A stretch of DNA of 20,000 bases from an uncultured Gemmatimonadota bacterium (GCA_964490075.1 CAZBBK010000023.1:51490-71489); one strand, 5' to 3'. Positions 7,518 through 19,128 are shown, counted from the stretch's first letter. Numbers and translations are program-made. The notes: generated by a model from the sequence alone, not told the origin.

Positions 7518-9389
7518 ATGATGGAGAAACCGGCAGACCGGCGCAGCCCACGTTCCGGTGGAGTGGCGCGGCGCGCGCTCGCCGGTCTCGGCCCCACACT
7601 GCTCCTGGGCCTGGTCGGGGGCCTGTGCGCCGGTGGTCTGTTGCTGCAGAAGGAACACTACTGGGCGCTGGGGCTCGATCATCTCGCGCGGGCTCATTTT
7701 GTCGACGAGCTGAATCGCGTCGTCTTGCTGGCGGCCCTGGCCGAGCTCGCCGCCCGCGCGGCGACCCTCGTCGTGCGCTGGCTGGTCGCCGATCCCCTTC
7801 GCATCGCCGCGGTGCGCGCGGGGCTGCGCCTGTGGTTCTTCGGATCCGCGGCGCTGCTGTTGTGGATCAACCACGCCCCGTGGTTCCCGGCCTCGCGCAG
7901 CGGCCCGGGGCTCAAGTGGAACGGGATCATCCTCCTGGTCCTGGGACTGGGGGCCCTGGCCTGCGCACTGCTCTCCAGCCGTCCGCTCTGGACGCGTGTT
8001 TGCGGCGCCGTTCGCGACACGGTTCGTATGTCGCGGGTCGCCGCCGCCAGCGCGATCTCGATCGGAGCCCTCAACCTCGCCGCGCTTGGCGCTCCGGCCG
8101 CCCAGGGACCGCCGGTGATCCTGGTGTCGATGGACACCCTGCGTTGGGACTACGTGAGCGCGCTAGGAGGGCCGGAGGGCACCACGCCGAATATCGACGC
8201 TCTGGCGCGCGACGGCGTCGCTTTCCAAAACGCCATTTCGCAGGCCGCCTGGACCTTGCCCTCTCATATGTCGCTCTTCACCGGCCAGCACCCGTCGCGC
8301 CACGCGGTGGTTCACAAGTTCGCCCGACTCGACAGAACGCGCTCGGTGATGCTGGCCGAGCTGCTCGCCAACGCCGGATACCGCAGCGCTGCCTTCACCA
8401 GCGGCGGCTATGTCGGCGATGAGTTCGGATTCGCGCGCGGCTTCGACTCCTACCGGCTGATTCCGATCGGCTGGTTCCCGGTGACGATTCGCGATTGGCT
8501 GTCGAAGCGTTCGCGCGATCCCTTTTTGCTCTTTCTGCACAACTACTCGATTCACAATTACTGGGCGCCGGATGAGCTCTTCGCGAGCGAAGGAGTCGAA
8601 CAGCGGCCGGGGTTGAGTGATTTCGATACAGAGATTCGCGAACTGGTCATCCGCTATCAACAGGAGCCGGTGACCGGCGATGTGCTGGGCGACGAGATCG
8701 CGCACCTGAAGGAGCGCTATCGTCTGGCGACCCGCCACCTGGATGCGCAGCTGGGCCAGGTGTTGGGCTGGCTGCGAGAGCTGGATCTCTACGATCAGAG
8801 CTTGATCGTGGTGTTCTCCGATCACGGTGAGGAGTTCGGAGAGCACGGCCACACTTTTCACCGGCAGAGCCTCTACGAGGAGATGGTGCACGTGCCCCTG
8901 GTCGTGAAGTTCCCCGCGGGGCACCACGCCGGCCGACGGGTCGAGCGCGCCGTGCAGCTTGTCGATCTCTTTCCCACCGTGCTGGCGGAGGCCGGAGTGG
9001 AAGCGCCGGATGGGGTGCAGATCGATGGGGCGGGGTTGCAGCAGCTGCTAGACCAGCCGGGTGACTGGGATCCGGACCGCGGCGCCTTCTCCGAGCTCTA
9101 CTACCAGGGCTCGGCGGTGGCCCTTCGGAACGGATCGTCCAAGCTGCTCTACAAGTCGCCAGCGGACGGCGGCGCAGCGCAGCTGGAGCTCTTCGATCTC
9201 GGCAACGACCCGGGCGAGCAACAGAATCTCGCGGCGGACGACCCGGCGCTCGAATCTCGGCTCGTCGAAGAGCTGCTGCGGAGATTCCACGGCGCACGCG
9301 CGGCCAGGCTCACACGTTCGACCGGCCGCTCACCCGCCATCGATCCGGCCACCCAGCGTCGCCTGGAAGCTCTGGGCTACATGGACTGA
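7518..9389 (+). CDS. Membrane-anchored sulfatase-like hydrolase/transferase (alkaline phosphatase superfamily)
   Basis: Several N-terminal hydrophobic helices; ILVSMDTLRWD, WTLPSHMSLFTG, FSDHGEEF, LFDLGNDPGEQQNL and C-terminal LEALGY. Start trimmed to the RBS-supported ATG at 7518. Confidence 0.88.
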   Translation: MMEKPADRRSPRSGGVARRALAGLGPTLLLGLVGGLCAGGLLLQKEHYWALGLDHLARAHFVDELNRVVLLAALAELAARAATLVVRWLVADPLRIAAVRAGLRLWFFGSAALLLWINHAPWFPASRSGPGLKWNGIILLVLGLGALACALLSSRPLWTRVCGAVRDTVRMSRVAAASAISIGALNLAALGAPAAQGPPVILVSMDTLRWDYVSALGGPEGTTPNIDALARDGVAFQNAISQAAWTLPSHMSLFTGQHPSRHAVVHKFARLDRTRSVMLAELLANAGYRSAAFTSGGYVGDEFGFARGFDSYRLIPIGWFPVTIRDWLSKRSRDPFLLFLHNYSIHNYWAPDELFASEGVEQRPGLSDFDTEIRELVIRYQQEPVTGDVLGDEIAHLKERYRLATRHLDAQLGQVLGWLRELDLYDQSLIVVFSDHGEEFGEHGHTFHRQSLYEEMVHVPLVVKFPAGHHAGRRVERAVQLVDLFPTVLAEAGVEAPDGVQIDGAGLQQLLDQPGDWDPDRGAFSELYYQGSAVALRNGSSKLLYKSPADGGAAQLELFDLGNDPGEQQNLAADDPALESRLVEELLRRFHGARAARLTRSTGRSPAIDPATQRRLEALGYMD

Positions 9390-9395
9390 GTCGGC

Positions 9396-11327
9396 ATGAG
9401 CACGCAGTCGACCCCTATGCTCTGGATTGCCCTGGCCGCATGCGCCCTGGCCGGCGTGCTGTACTTCGATCTGCAGGTGTTGGCACACTGGATCGCCTCA
9501 GCGTCGGGGCATGTGCTCGATCCGGAGGTCGACGGACGATTCGGATCGTACGCGATCTCGGCGGGGTTGCACGCGCTTGCCGCATTGTTGCTGGCTCCGC
9601 TGGTCTTTGTCGGCGGACGGCGATTCGGACCCGGATCTTCGCCCAGGCCGCGCCAGGTGGTGCGCGGCACGGCGCTCGCTCTCTTTCCGCTGACCGCCGT
9701 CGGCCTGGTGACGACCATCAATGCGCGACTCCTGATCGATCGAGTCGGCATGGACCTGGCGTCGATCAGCATCAGTGTTCTCGTCATGACCCTGATCGCC
9801 ATGGCGACACTTCCCCTGGCGCGCGCCGACTGGGGCAGGGCGGGGCGTGGCTTGCTGATCTTGTGGGGAATGCTGGCGCTCGCCGTACCCGTGCGCATCG
9901 CCTGCGGTCTGAATGGAGCCCCCGGCGGCTTCCACGGAACGAAGGACGAGGCACCGCCGCCCGATCTGTTGCTGGTGACCATCGACACCTTGAGCGCCGA
10001 TCACCTGGGTTGCTACGGCGCCGCCCACGGTGCCACTCCCACCCTGGACAGTCTGGCGACCGCCGGAGTGGTATTCGAGAACGCCTACGCGCAGATTCCG
10101 ATCACCCTGCCGGCGCATACCACGCTTCTCACCGGCACCCGGCCCCTCACTCATGGCATCGACTACAACGGTTTCCGCCGCCTGGGCGAGCGACTCGACA
10201 CACTGGCCGAGATGCTGCGCAACGAGGGCCTGGCCTGCGCCGCCTTCGTCAGCGCCGCGCCGCTCGAATCACGCTACGGTCTCGATCGCGGCTTCGAGCT
10301 CTACCACGATCGCTTCCGCGGAGAACGACGCGCTTCGTGGCGACGAGCTCTGCTGACCGGGGTTTGCGCGCGGATGCTCACGGTCCAGGTGTTGCTGGAC
10401 CGCATCGGGCTGGCGCCCAAGGCGCTCTTGGAGCGCTCGGCGCGGACCACGATCCACGAGGTGGGTGCATGGCTGGAGGGAGGCGGCGGAGCGCGCTTCG
10501 CGTGGGTGCACCTCTTCGATCCTCACGCGCCGCATACGCCGCCGGCCGATCTGGCGCCCCGATTCCGGTCGGAGATCGCGGGGAATGCGATCGAGGAGGC
10601 GGCAGAGGGCGGCGATTCGCCTCCGCTGCGGAGGTCGAGCGAGGACCCCTCGGGCTTCGACGCCGATCTCTACGTGGCGGAGGTCGCCGCCGTCGATCGC
10701 GCGCTCGGCGCACTCTTCGCGAGCTGGCGACAGACCGCCGGTGGACGTTCGAGCATCGTCACGGTGGTCGCCGACCACGGCGAGCACCTGGGCGAGCACG
10801 GCTACTACGGCCACTCGCAGTCGCTCTTCGAACCGGCGCTGCGCATCCCCTGGATCGTCTCGGCGCCGGGGACGGTGCCCGCCGGGCGGCGCGTCGCGCA
10901 ACCGGTGCAGCAACTCGATTTCCTGCCCACCCTGCTCGAGCTGCTGGGGCTGCCCGCCCATCCCTCCGCGGAGGGACGCTCGCTGGCGCCGCTGATGGAC
11001 GGCGGGGCGATCGCCGATCTGCCGATCCTGTTGCAGGCGCAGGGTCCCGATGGCCGGCGCCTGGGTGTTCGGCACGGGCGTTGGAAGCTGATCGCCGATT
11101 GGCCGAAGGAGCACGACGAGCCGGTCGCCCTCTGGCTCTACGATCTCGTGAACGATCCCAGCGAGCTGAGGAATCAGGGCCGCGCACGGCCGGAGCGGAC
11201 CGAGGAGATGTTGGCCGGGCTGCGCCTGATGCTCGGGAATGCCGCGCCTGTGGTCGCTGCCTCGGAGGAGCTGGCGGTCGATCCCGAAGAGCTCAGGAAG
11301 CTCGAGGCGCTCGGCTATGTGCAGTAG
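9396..11327 (+). CDS. Second membrane-anchored sulfatase-like hydrolase/transferase
   Basis: About 5 N-terminal TM segments; LVTIDTLSADH, ITLPAHTTLLTG, WVHLFDPHAP, ADHGEHLGEHG, LYDLVNDPSE and LEALGY. Starts 6 nt after the previous stop. Confidence 0.9.
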   Translation: MSTQSTPMLWIALAACALAGVLYFDLQVLAHWIASASGHVLDPEVDGRFGSYAISAGLHALAALLLAPLVFVGGRRFGPGSSPRPRQVVRGTALALFPLTAVGLVTTINARLLIDRVGMDLASISISVLVMTLIAMATLPLARADWGRAGRGLLILWGMLALAVPVRIACGLNGAPGGFHGTKDEAPPPDLLLVTIDTLSADHLGCYGAAHGATPTLDSLATAGVVFENAYAQIPITLPAHTTLLTGTRPLTHGIDYNGFRRLGERLDTLAEMLRNEGLACAAFVSAAPLESRYGLDRGFELYHDRFRGERRASWRRALLTGVCARMLTVQVLLDRIGLAPKALLERSARTTIHEVGAWLEGGGGARFAWVHLFDPHAPHTPPADLAPRFRSEIAGNAIEEAAEGGDSPPLRRSSEDPSGFDADLYVAEVAAVDRALGALFASWRQTAGGRSSIVTVVADHGEHLGEHGYYGHSQSLFEPALRIPWIVSAPGTVPAGRRVAQPVQQLDFLPTLLELLGLPAHPSAEGRSLAPLMDGGAIADLPILLQAQGPDGRRLGVRHGRWKLIADWPKEHDEPVALWLYDLVNDPSELRNQGRARPERTEEMLAGLRLMLGNAAPVVAASEELAVDPEELRKLEALGYVQ

Positions 11328-11333
11328 CGATCG

Positions 11334-11975
11334 GTGTCCGCGATGAGGGCATTGCGCTCCTTCTTCATGCGTCGCTGGCTCGGAATGCTGTTGCGAGCGC
11401 CGCTGGGGCCGGCCGAGGCCCCTTCGGTGGCCCGTGCGGTGGCTCAAGCATGGGCTCCCTGGCGCCGCCACGCCGCGCTCAGCGACGATCCCTCCGATCT
11501 GTCGCGCGTGAGTCGCCTGCTCTGGTCCTCGGCGGTGCTACTGGTGCTGCTCTACCGGGAGATCGAGCGCCGCCACGACTCCCAACGTGCCGGCGCGGCG
11601 GTCACCACCATCGTGCACTCTTTCTCACGCCGCGCCGCCGCGCTCCTGTTGCCCGGCCCGCCGGTGCCATCGGGTGATCCCTGGCGGCTCTTCAAGCGTC
11701 GCCTGATGGCGCTCAACAACCGTCTCGCCCCGGCGATCCGCGGCGACGTGGTGCGCGACGATGCGGCCGGATTTCGCTGGGACGTCCACACCTGCCGCCT
11801 GGCCCGGGTCTGCCGCGCTCTCGATGCACCCGAGGTGGGCGCGATCTACTGCGCCTTCGACGACATTTTCTTCGCTTCGTACGATCCGCGCATTGGTCTG
11901 CACCGGGCCGGGACCATCGCCCGCGGTGATCGCATTTGTGACTTTGCGTACTCGTGGCGTGCGGACGGGCGATGA
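11334..11975 (+). CDS. L-2-amino-thiazoline-4-carboxylic acid hydrolase (ATC_hydrolase)-family protein
   Basis: Family pattern DVHTC...YCAFD...LHRAGTIARGDRICDF. Start is GTG 11334 or ATG 11343. Confidence 0.8.
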   Translation: MSAMRALRSFFMRRWLGMLLRAPLGPAEAPSVARAVAQAWAPWRRHAALSDDPSDLSRVSRLLWSSAVLLVLLYREIERRHDSQRAGAAVTTIVHSFSRRAAALLLPGPPVPSGDPWRLFKRRLMALNNRLAPAIRGDVVRDDAAGFRWDVHTCRLARVCRALDAPEVGAIYCAFDDIFFASYDPRIGLHRAGTIARGDRICDFAYSWRADGR

Positions 11976-11990
11976 CGGGGGGCTTGCCGT

Positions 11991-12920
11991 CTACTGACTC
12001 AAAGTATGTTGCTGGAAAAAGGCCCAGGCCTCGTCCACGTAGACGATGTCCTGGTTTTTCCAGCCGTTGAGCAGGCGCCAGAGCCAGCTGAACTGGGTCG
12101 GCCCGGGCCAGGCGTGGCCGCCGCCGGCGACATCGTAGAAGGCGATCTCGGTGCCTTCGGCGCCGCCGCCGAAGAGGTAGCGGATCACGGTGCTGTGGTC
12201 GCCCGGGACCAGGTTCGGCAGCGGCTCGACCGTGGGGCCCGGATCGACGCCGAGGAACTCGGCCCAGAGCCGGACGGTGTCGTGGGCCGAGAGCACGGTC
12301 CCGCGGCTGAAGGCGATCTCGCCTCCCTCGTAGGGCACGATCGGATCGTCATCGCCGGCGCAGAGCATGATCGAGATCGGCTGCTGCGGCGCGCCGCAGT
12401 CGTTGACCGCCGCCGCGTAGCCCGCCGCTCCCGCCACCGCGGCGATCCGGTCCGAGAGCTCGGTGGCCAGGCGCAGGCTCATCATCGATCCGTTCGACAT
12501 GCCGGCGGCGTAGATCCGCTCGGGGTCGATGTCGAAGTAGAGCGAGGCCCGGTCGATGATCGCGGAGACGAAGCCGACATCGTCGGAGTCGGGCAGATCG
12601 GACAGGTCGCCGCGACAGTCGTGCCAGTGGTCGTCGACGCCCTCGGGATAGACGACGATGAACTTGTCGCGATCGGCGAGCTCGTTCCAGCGCAGCTCGC
12701 ATGTGAACTCCATGGCGCTATCGCTGTCTCCGCCGCCGCCATGGAGCTGGATCACCAGCGGCACGGGAGCCGCCGGCAACCCATCGGGCACATAGTACTG
12801 ACCGGTGCGCAGCACGCCGTCGAACCAGAACGATGCCTGCTTGGGAGCCGCCGCCGCGGCGCGGGAGCAGGCGAGGGCCCCGCAAAGCAGGGCAATGATG
12901 GCGAGGCGCTTGGATGTCAT
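11991..12920 (-). CDS. Secreted alpha/beta-hydrolase esterase, LpqC/PHB-depolymerase family
   Basis: Signal peptide MTSKRLAIIALLCGALA; LHGGGG, IVVYPEG, DDVGF, GMSNG (nucleophile), GDDDP and GGHAWPG. AGGAG lies 8 nt upstream of the ATG at 12920. Confidence 0.9.
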   Translation of the reverse strand: MTSKRLAIIALLCGALACSRAAAAAPKQASFWFDGVLRTGQYYVPDGLPAAPVPLVIQLHGGGGDSDSAMEFTCELRWNELADRDKFIVVYPEGVDDHWHDCRGDLSDLPDSDDVGFVSAIIDRASLYFDIDPERIYAAGMSNGSMMSLRLATELSDRIAAVAGAAGYAAAVNDCGAPQQPISIMLCAGDDDPIVPYEGGEIAFSRGTVLSAHDTVRLWAEFLGVDPGPTVEPLPNLVPGDHSTVIRYLFGGGAEGTEIAFYDVAGGGHAWPGPTQFSWLWRLLNGWKNQDIVYVDEAWAFFQQHTLSQ

Positions 12921-13085
12921 GCCGAGATCTCCTGGGCGGGTGTCGATTCGAAGGTCCCCCTCTATCGATAACATGCCCCGGTAGCTCGGTTCTTCAGCTC
13001 GTTCTATCATGCCCGATAAGTCAACAGACATCGAGGATGCGCCGATTGCCGGCCCAACCGCCTCAGCAGAAAGGACGACACCGAG

Positions 13086-14360
13086 ATGGCAAACGATTTC
13101 CAGCGAGCGCTCGAGGTAGGACGTCCCCCGAATATCGTCCGCCTTTTTCCCAATTCACAGGCACTGGTCGTGAGCGGCAAGGCGATCGACCGCGCCATGT
13201 TGGCCAAGGGCAAGGCGTTGACCATCGCCGCCAACGCCCGCAGCTATTTCGCGGTGCGCGGCGCGCTGCTGGCCGCCCAGAAGGCCAATGCCGGCATCAT
13301 CGTCGAGATCGCCAAGTCGGAAGGCGGGGCCAACGCCTACTGCGCGATCAACTACTGGAACATGGCGCGCACCGTCGACGCGCTCTGCAACGAGCTCGGC
13401 ATCACCGTGCCGGTCGCGATCCACGCCGACCACTACGGCATCAAGGGTCCCGGCGACATCCGCATCGCCAAGACCGAGATTCCGTCGATGTTCGACGCCG
13501 GGATCACCTCGATCGCGATCGACGCCAGCCACATGCCCGACGACGAGAATCTGCTGGCCAGCCTGGCGCTGGCGCCGCTGGTGCCCTCCTGGGCATCGCT
13601 CGAGACCGAGGTCGGCGAGATCAAGGGCGAGGCCGGTCTGTCGACGGTCGAGGAGGCGATGTTCCTGATCCAGGGGCTCAACGCCCACGGTGTTTCGCCC
13701 GACTGGATCGCCCTCAACAACGGCTCGGCCCACGGCATCCAGGCCAGCGCCCAGGGGATCCAGGTCGACCTGACGGCGGCCATTCACGAGACGCTGACTC
13801 CCTACGCGGTGTCGGGTGCCCAGCACGGGACTTCGGGCAACTCTTCGGAGCGGCTGCGCACGGTGGCGGCCAGCACGCGGACCACCAAGGCCAACGTGGC
13901 GACCGCCCTGCAGATGGTGTCGTGGGGGGTGAAGGTGAACGACTACGGCAACGCCGATCTCGACGAGGAGGGCGCCTTCATCAAGGTGGCCGGGCAGGGA
14001 ATGAGCGAGGAGATGTGGGCGGAGATCGTCGCCTACGCCGAGGCCCAGGGCATCAAGGCCGGCAACTACAAGAAGCTGAATCTGCCCTTCGAGAACAAGC
14101 TGCTCGGGCAGAGCGCCGAGGTCCGGGAGCGCATGACCGGCGCCGTCGCCGACTTCGTTTACAACCTGCTCGCCAACGTCTTCAACGCCTGCGACACCGC
14201 GCCGCTGGCGATCGACGCAATTCTCCAGGCCGGCTCCCACGACCTGGGGGCGAAGGCGGCGGCGATCGAGGATCCGGCGGAGTGGACCGAGGCGAGGATT
14301 CACGAGAAGGCGGCGCTGATCTGCTCCGACAAGGGTCCCGAAGGGGACTGGGACGACTGA
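13086..14360 (+). CDS. fba: Class II (metal-dependent) fructose-bisphosphate aldolase
   Basis: IHADHY, IDASH, ETEVGEI, NNGSAHG, QHGTSG and KANVAT motifs; strong GC3 codon bias; AAGGA upstream. Confidence 0.88.
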   Translation: MANDFQRALEVGRPPNIVRLFPNSQALVVSGKAIDRAMLAKGKALTIAANARSYFAVRGALLAAQKANAGIIVEIAKSEGGANAYCAINYWNMARTVDALCNELGITVPVAIHADHYGIKGPGDIRIAKTEIPSMFDAGITSIAIDASHMPDDENLLASLALAPLVPSWASLETEVGEIKGEAGLSTVEEAMFLIQGLNAHGVSPDWIALNNGSAHGIQASAQGIQVDLTAAIHETLTPYAVSGAQHGTSGNSSERLRTVAASTRTTKANVATALQMVSWGVKVNDYGNADLDEEGAFIKVAGQGMSEEMWAEIVAYAEAQGIKAGNYKKLNLPFENKLLGQSAEVRERMTGAVADFVYNLLANVFNACDTAPLAIDAILQAGSHDLGAKAAAIEDPAEWTEARIHEKAALICSDKGPEGDWDD

Positions 14361-14366
14361 CGGGGG

Positions 14367-15152
14367 CTAGCTCCGGCGGTTGGGCTCGGCCGGCTCCAGC
14401 TCGACTTCGTCGCCGCGCTCGAGGCCGAAGGCGGCGCGCGCACAGCCGTCGCGGAGCGCCAGCTCCAGGCGCTGGTCGCTGTCGATCAGCGCCAGCGGTT
14501 GGTCGGCGGCGGCCGCGGCGTAGTGGTCGCGAAGCGGAAACTCGATGCCCCGGCAGCGGGCGACGATGCCGGGATCGACCAGCTCGGCCGGGATCGTGGT
14601 GATCGCGTTGCCGAAGCGGTCGAAGAGCTCGATCCGGCCCAGCACGCGGCCCCCTTCGCGCAGCGCCGGCGCGCTTCTCAGGCGCGGCTCGATCGAGGTC
14701 GCCCGGCCGATGCTGGAAGGCGCGAGGCCGCGCGCCAGGTGGGCCGCCACCGGCGCGAAGACCGCCAGGCCGTCGAAGCTCGTGTGGGCGTGCCACCACC
14801 GGGTGCGGCGGTGGATGCGCAGCGCGCGCTCCAGCGGCAGCCGCTCGAGGATCCGATCGAAGACCCCGTTGTCGGGGCCCACGAACCACTGCCCCGCCGC
14901 CCCCACCAGGAGGGCGTGGCGCCGCGATCCGACCCCGGGATCGACCACGGTCACGTGAATCGTTCCGGCCGGGAACTCGGCGGCGGCGCGGGCCAGGCAC
15001 CAGGCCGCGGCACGGATGTCCTGGGGTGGGATCTCGTGGCTCAGATCGACCAGCGCCGCATCGTTGCAGATCGACAAGATGCGGCCTTTCATGGCCCCCA
15101 CATAACCGTCCTGGGTTCCGAAATCGGTGGTCAGAGTGATGATCGGGGGCAT
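14367..15152 (-). CDS. SAM hydrolase / SAM-dependent chlorinase-fluorinase family protein (DUF62)
   Basis: [48 protein letters not shown] and DRFGN. Start trimmed to MPPIITL at 15152. Confidence 0.9.
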   Translation of the reverse strand: MPPIITLTTDFGTQDGYVGAMKGRILSICNDAALVDLSHEIPPQDIRAAAWCLARAAAEFPAGTIHVTVVDPGVGSRRHALLVGAAGQWFVGPDNGVFDRILERLPLERALRIHRRTRWWHAHTSFDGLAVFAPVAAHLARGLAPSSIGRATSIEPRLRSAPALREGGRVLGRIELFDRFGNAITTIPAELVDPGIVARCRGIEFPLRDHYAAAAADQPLALIDSDQRLELALRDGCARAAFGLERGDEVELEPAEPNRRS

Positions 15153-15567
15153 CGTGGCCGCCAGCGCGGGAGATTCGAGTCGATGATCGAGAAAGTGGCG
15201 AAGAGCGACGCCGAGTGGCGCGCCGAGCTGACGCCCGAGCAGTATCACGTCATGCGCGAAAAGGGAACCGAGCGGCCCTTCAGCGGTGCCTACTGGCGAA
15301 CCAATATGTGCGGGACCTACCGCTGCGCCGGCTGCGGTCTCGAGCTCTTTCGATCCGAGGCGAAGTTTGACGCCGGCTGTGGCTGGCCGAGCTTTTTCGA
15401 GGCGCTGAACGGGGCCCACCTGGTCGAGACGGTCGACCGCACGCACGGAATGGTGCGCACCGAGGTCTGCTGCGCCGGATGCGGCGCACACCTCGGTCAT
15501 CTCTTTCACGACGGGCCGGCCCCGACCGGTCTGCGCTACTGCATCAACTCGGTCTGTCTCGACCTGG

Positions 15568-17610
<2,043 letters not shown>

Positions 17611-17633
17611 GACCCCTCAGCCTAGCATGAGAG

Positions 17634-17672
17634 AGCCCCCGCCGAGCGCGGGTCGCGGGCGCGGCGGGGGCT
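17634..17672. terminator. GC-rich hairpin between the ArcE-like gene and fusA (possible terminator or mRNA-stabilising stem)
   Basis: Perfect 11-bp inverted repeat agcccccgccg / cggcgggggct. It is followed by ggtttt on + but only ctctcat on -, so there is no strong U-tract in the direction of the flanking genes. Confidence 0.5.
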
Positions 17673-17696
17673 GGTTTTGAACGGACTCTTCTGCAG

Positions 17697-19004
17697 CTAC
17701 AACACGCCCCTGACCATCTCCTCGATCACGCCTTCCTCGAGCTCCTCGAGCTCGTAGCTGACGTTGACGATCGGCTTGTTGGCCTTGAGGATTCGCTGCA
17801 GCGCGATCGGCGTACCCTCGACCACCACATCGGCTGGAGTGTCGTTGATGGTCTTCTCCAGGTCGCGGATCTGGGCGTCGCCGTAGCCCATCGCGGGCAG
17901 GATCGCGGCGGCGTTCGGATAGGCGTCGTAGGTCGCCTTGATGGTGCCGGCGGCGTAGGGGCGGGCGTCGACGATCTCGGCCGCGCCGGCGTCCTTGGCG
18001 GCGAACCAACCGGCGCCGTAGGTCATGCCGCCGTGCGTGAGGGTCGGGCCGTCCTCGACCACCAGCGCGCGCTTGCCCTCGATCAGCTCGGGCTTCTCGG
18101 CGGTGATGACCGACGCGCAACGCAGCACGCGGGCCTTCGGGTTGTAGCGTTCGCAGTTGGCGACGACTTCTTCGACCTTTTCCGGATCGGCGCGGCGCAC
18201 CTTGTTGACGATCAACAGATCGGCCATCAGGAAGTTGACCATGCCCGGGAAGTAGCTGAGCTCGTGCCCGGCGCGGTGGGGATCGACCAAGGTGATGTGC
18301 AGGTCGGGCTTGATGAAGGGTGTATCGTTGTTGCCGCCGTCCCACAAGATGACGTCGGCCTCCTTCTCCGCCTCGCGCAGGATGCGCTCGTAGTCGACGC
18401 CCGCGTAGACCACGAAACCGTTGTTGATGTGCGGCTCGTACTCCTCGCGCTCTTCGATGGTGCACTTGTGCGTCACCAGGTCGTCGTAGCTGGCGAAGCG
18501 CTGGCAGGCTTGCTGCACCAGGTCGCCGTAGGGCATCGGGTGGCGGATCGCCACCACGCGCTTGCCCAGCTTCTTGAACAGGCGGCTGAGGTAGCGCGAG
18601 GTCTGGGATTTGCCCACGCCGGTGCGCACCGCGGTCACCGCGACCACTGGCTTGGTCGAAGGCACCATGGTCTTGCGCGCCGAGAAGAGCACGAAATGGG
18701 CGCCGGCCGCCGCCACCTTGCTGGCCTGCTCCATCACGTGTGCATGCGACACATCCGAGTAGGAGAACCATACGCCTTGGGCGCCGGTCTCTTGAATCAA
18801 TGTCTCCAGCTCGTCTTCGGCGTGGATCGGGATCCCGTCGGGGTAGCCCGGGCCGGCCAGCTCAGCGGGATAGACCCGCCCGTGGATGTTGGGGATCTGG
18901 GTGGCGGTGAAGGCCACGACCCGATAATCGTCGTTGCCGCGGAACAGCGTGTTGAAGTTGTGGAAGTCGCGACCCGCGGCTCCCATGATGATGATCTTTT
19001 TCAT
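17697..19004 (-). CDS. COG2403 P-loop protein (often annotated GTPase or cyclic 2,3-diphosphoglycerate synthase-like); probable arginine synthetase ArcE homolog
   Basis: IIMGAAGRDFHNFN, VAFTATQIP, P-loop AVRTGVGKSQ, RHPMPYG, TIEEREEYE, WDGGNND and EDGPTLTHGGM. GGAG lies 8 nt upstream of the ATG at 19004. Confidence 0.85.
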   Translation of the reverse strand: MKKIIIMGAAGRDFHNFNTLFRGNDDYRVVAFTATQIPNIHGRVYPAELAGPGYPDGIPIHAEDELETLIQETGAQGVWFSYSDVSHAHVMEQASKVAAAGAHFVLFSARKTMVPSTKPVVAVTAVRTGVGKSQTSRYLSRLFKKLGKRVVAIRHPMPYGDLVQQACQRFASYDDLVTHKCTIEEREEYEPHINNGFVVYAGVDYERILREAEKEADVILWDGGNNDTPFIKPDLHITLVDPHRAGHELSYFPGMVNFLMADLLIVNKVRRADPEKVEEVVANCERYNPKARVLRCASVITAEKPELIEGKRALVVEDGPTLTHGGMTYGAGWFAAKDAGAAEIVDARPYAAGTIKATYDAYPNAAAILPAMGYGDAQIRDLEKTINDTPADVVVEGTPIALQRILKANKPIVNVSYELEELEEGVIEEMVRGVL

Positions 19005-19099
19005 GCAAAGGACTCCGAGTGAGGACACGACCCTCAACGGGGGCATGCGGGGTGTGAGCAGATGCCTCGCCCGGTGGATCGGTGGTTCAGCAAACCTCA

Positions 19100-19128
19100 A
19101 GGATTACCGAAATGGGCGCGGGGGTCAA
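19100..19128 (-). promoter_or_regulatory. Possible sigma70-type promoter for the ArcE-like gene
   Basis: TTGACC (19128-19123), then 16 nt, then TAATCCT; the -10 match is imperfect. Confidence 0.3.

Noticed and set aside
14367-15152. Calling this gene a fluorinase or chlorinase
   Set aside because: It lacks the FlA/SalL-type loop residues, and there is no halometabolite cluster nearby.
14499-15509. Apparent fusions in ORFs 14499..15614 (+) and 14367..15509 (-)
   Set aside because: The extensions are antisense readings of the DUF62 gene and msrB; the family N-terminal motifs begin at 15183 and 15152.
15530-15552. Selenocysteine recoding in MsrB
   Set aside because: The catalytic residue is a TGC (Cys) codon in RYCINS, with no in-frame TGA.
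19005-19100. Riboswitch in the ArcE-like gene leader
   Set aside because: No known aptamer consensus is recognisable by eye; an Rfam covariance search would be needed.
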